DNA from: Narcine bancroftii | Taxonomy: Eukaryota | DNA: 64,000 bases | NCBI RefSeq assembly: GCF_036971445.1 | Contig: NC_091475.1 | Location: 175,832,001-175,896,000, forward strand | Direction of reading: 5' to 3' | Shown: positions 61,647-64,000 of the stretch, piece after piece | Numbering within the stretch: position 1 is the first letter of the stretch | How the letters are laid out: each line of letters opens with the position of its first letter | Notes under the pieces: generated by a model | The model's database searches: none | What the model saw: the letters and a program-made list of their open reading frames with translations, nothing else | Told to the model about the DNA's origin: nothing | Position numbers and translations under genes: made by a program

Positions 61647-64000
61647 TGTAGCGTCTGCTATGGCAAGTGCTATGGAATATAGAGACATCCACATGGTGTG
61701 AGGGTGAACCAGTAACTGACTTTATTATTTTAATTCCTTGCGCTGTGCATAAGGGAACACACATTTCCAGTGACGCGTGTGCCAGATTCCAAAAGCGGGG
61801 AGTTCCCCGAGGGAAAATGTGGCTTCAACAGCGGGCTTCTCCTCGGGAGTGAAGTGGGACCCACGCCATCTTGAGTCGGCCAACTATGTCAGTGATTTGG
61901 CCCATCTAACCGCGCAGCCCCCCCACCAGTATCACGACCGTCCTCTGAGCAGGTTGCTGTACAGTCTCTGGGTAGTCAGCTTCTGCGTCTGACCTGGGGG
62001 GTCCAGGGCCGGCAAGTCTGAGTCTAGGTACGCTGCCTTGAGGCAGTCGATTGTGAATCTGTCCTGTCGACCACCAATGTCCAGTGTAAACATGACAGAG
62101 TATCTCTGCAACACCTTGAGTGGTCCTTCGTAGGGACACTGTAGGGGTGTTTCTTCTTGTCCTCTCCGCATGAAGACGAGGTCGGTGGACTTTAGGTCCG
62201 CGGGGATGTGGCAGGGTGGAAACCCAAGTCAACCTCTGGAGGACATTTAGGGCGCTGGGCTGTGGGCCAGGGAGGTTGAAGCGAATGTCCTGGAAATGTT
62301 AAGTGGGAAACCGTACCCCATCTCGGTGGATGAGGCTAGTAGATCTTCCTTCAGTGCTGTACAGATGCCCATGGGAGCTCGCCCACTCAATTTGGGCCTT
62401 GTAGTCAACCAGGCCATTTACCTGAGAGGGGTAGGCCGTAGTGTGGTGTAACTGGCTGCCGCGGAACTTAGTTAGGTTAGCCCAGAGCGAGGAAGTGAAC
62501 TGTGCCCCTCAGTCCGAGGTAATGTGGGTCAGGACTCTGAAGTGTGCAACCCACGTGGATAAAAAGGCTCTGGCGCATGTCTCTGTGTTGCACGTGGGTA
62601 GGGGTATGGCTTCCAGCCAACAGGTAAAACGGTCGATTGTCGTGAACAGATACTGCATACCCAGGCTCACAGGGAGTGGGCTGACAATGTCTACGTGCAC
62701 ACGCTCAAACCAGTGCTGTGCCACCTCGAAAGTCTGGAGTGGGGCTTTGACACTGCAAACAGATTTTAGCCTACAGGGTCACGTCTCGGCAGAGGTCATG
62801 CCACACGAACTTGCTGGACAACAGGCGGACCGTGGATGTTATGGAGGGGTGGGACAGGCCGTGGATCTGGTTGACAACCCACCATCGCCAGGTCGCAAGT
62901 AGGATGGGTCTGGGGAAGCCTGTGGATACGTCGCATAATAGGGACGGGCCTTCTGGCGAGGGGCAGAAGTCACTGACCTTCAGGCTGGTGATGGCAGTCC
63001 AGTAGGTCTGGACATCTGCATCCTCTGCCTGGTTCTTGGCAACATCGTTCCCCTGAGGTTGCAGCAATCATGGGTCTGGATAACGCGTCAGCCACTACGT
63101 TGGACTTGCCTGCAATGTGGTGAATGTCCTTGGTGTACTCCGAGATGTGGGAGAGGTGATGCTGTTGCCTTGCTGACTATGAGTCTGAGACCTTGCTAAG
63201 TGGTGTATGGTCTGTGTAGGTGGAGAAAACCCTTCCCTCTATCATATCAGAAGTGTCGCATCGCCAGGTACAGGGCCAACAGCTTAAGGTTGAACGTGCT
63301 GTATTTGAGCTCTGGTGTCCAGAGGTGTTTGCTCAAGAAGGCAAGGGAGCACTAGTGCTCATTGACCCACTGCTCCAGCACTGCACCCATTGCTTTGTCC
63401 GATACATCTGTTGTAAGGGCCACGGGGGAGATTGAGTCTGCATGTGCCAGGATTGTGGCCTGCACCGGTGCTGCTTTCGTGGTCTGGAATGCTTCTGTGG
63501 TGTCCAACGTCCACTGGGGCGTCTCGTTGCCGAGTTTGATGAGGTCTAACAGGGGCTGCATGAGGGCCCCTGGTAGGAAGTTTACCATCCCCAGGAACTC
63601 CTGCAGGCCTTTGATTGTACTCAGCTTGGGAAAGTTCTGGATGGCCTCTACTTTGTCCAGCAGTGGTGTGGCTCCCTTTGGTATCCAAGAAAGTCGACTG
63701 TCTCTAGGCCAAACTGGAACTTGGCTGGGTTCACCATGATTCCGAACTGCTGCAGCCTGTCGAAAAGGCAGGTCAGGTGCGTCCTGGTGTCAGGGCTGGC
63801 GGTGAGAATGTTGTTCAGGTAGACGAAGATCAAGTCAAAGTACCTACCGACCATTTCCATCAGTCGCTGGAACGTCTGGACTGTGTTCTTCAATCTGAAG
63901 GGCATCCTTAGGACCTCGAAAAGGCCGAAGGATGTGATGATGGCCGTTTTCAGGACGTCACTGGGATGCACCGGACTCTGGTAGTACCCTTTGATGAAGT
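61647..64000 (-). mobile_element. Degenerate Gypsy LTR retrotransposon (RT, RNase H, integrase, PPT, 3' LTR 61647-61916); continues beyond the window
   Basis: KTAIITSFGLFEVLRMPF, VYLNNIL, ALTTDVSD, IHGLSHP, VHVDIVSPLP, ITSD and PYEGPLKV motifs; G-rich PPT next to the LTR. Confidence 0.93.

Overview
Repeat-rich vertebrate genomic DNA, most likely a cartilaginous fish (shark/ray). This is inferred from HE1-like V-SINEs, CR1/HER1-like LINEs, and Rex1 and Penelope remnants; it is not verified. Most ORFs in the track are transposon fragments or spurious. The window contains: (1) the 3' end of an unidentified minus-strand protein-coding gene, read by eye as micro-exons (57347-57368, 53878-53908, 39399-39438) spliced in frame to a terminal exon (37482-37579), with a possible alternative last exon at 61554-61621; (2) a near-intact full-length L1-clade LINE (40133-46113, minus) with target-site duplication (TSD); (3) two degenerate class III (ERV-L/ERV-S-like) endogenous retroviral insertions with tRNA-Ser-like primer-binding sites (PBS) and 5-bp TSDs (17922-21999 minus, 28945-32646 plus); (4) a Gypsy element running off the right edge, plus solo LTRs, CR1, Rex1, RTE, Penelope, Tc1 and Harbinger-type MITE remnants and microsatellites; (5) three striking fold-back inverted duplications. 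All identifications come from motif recognition; no database search was run.
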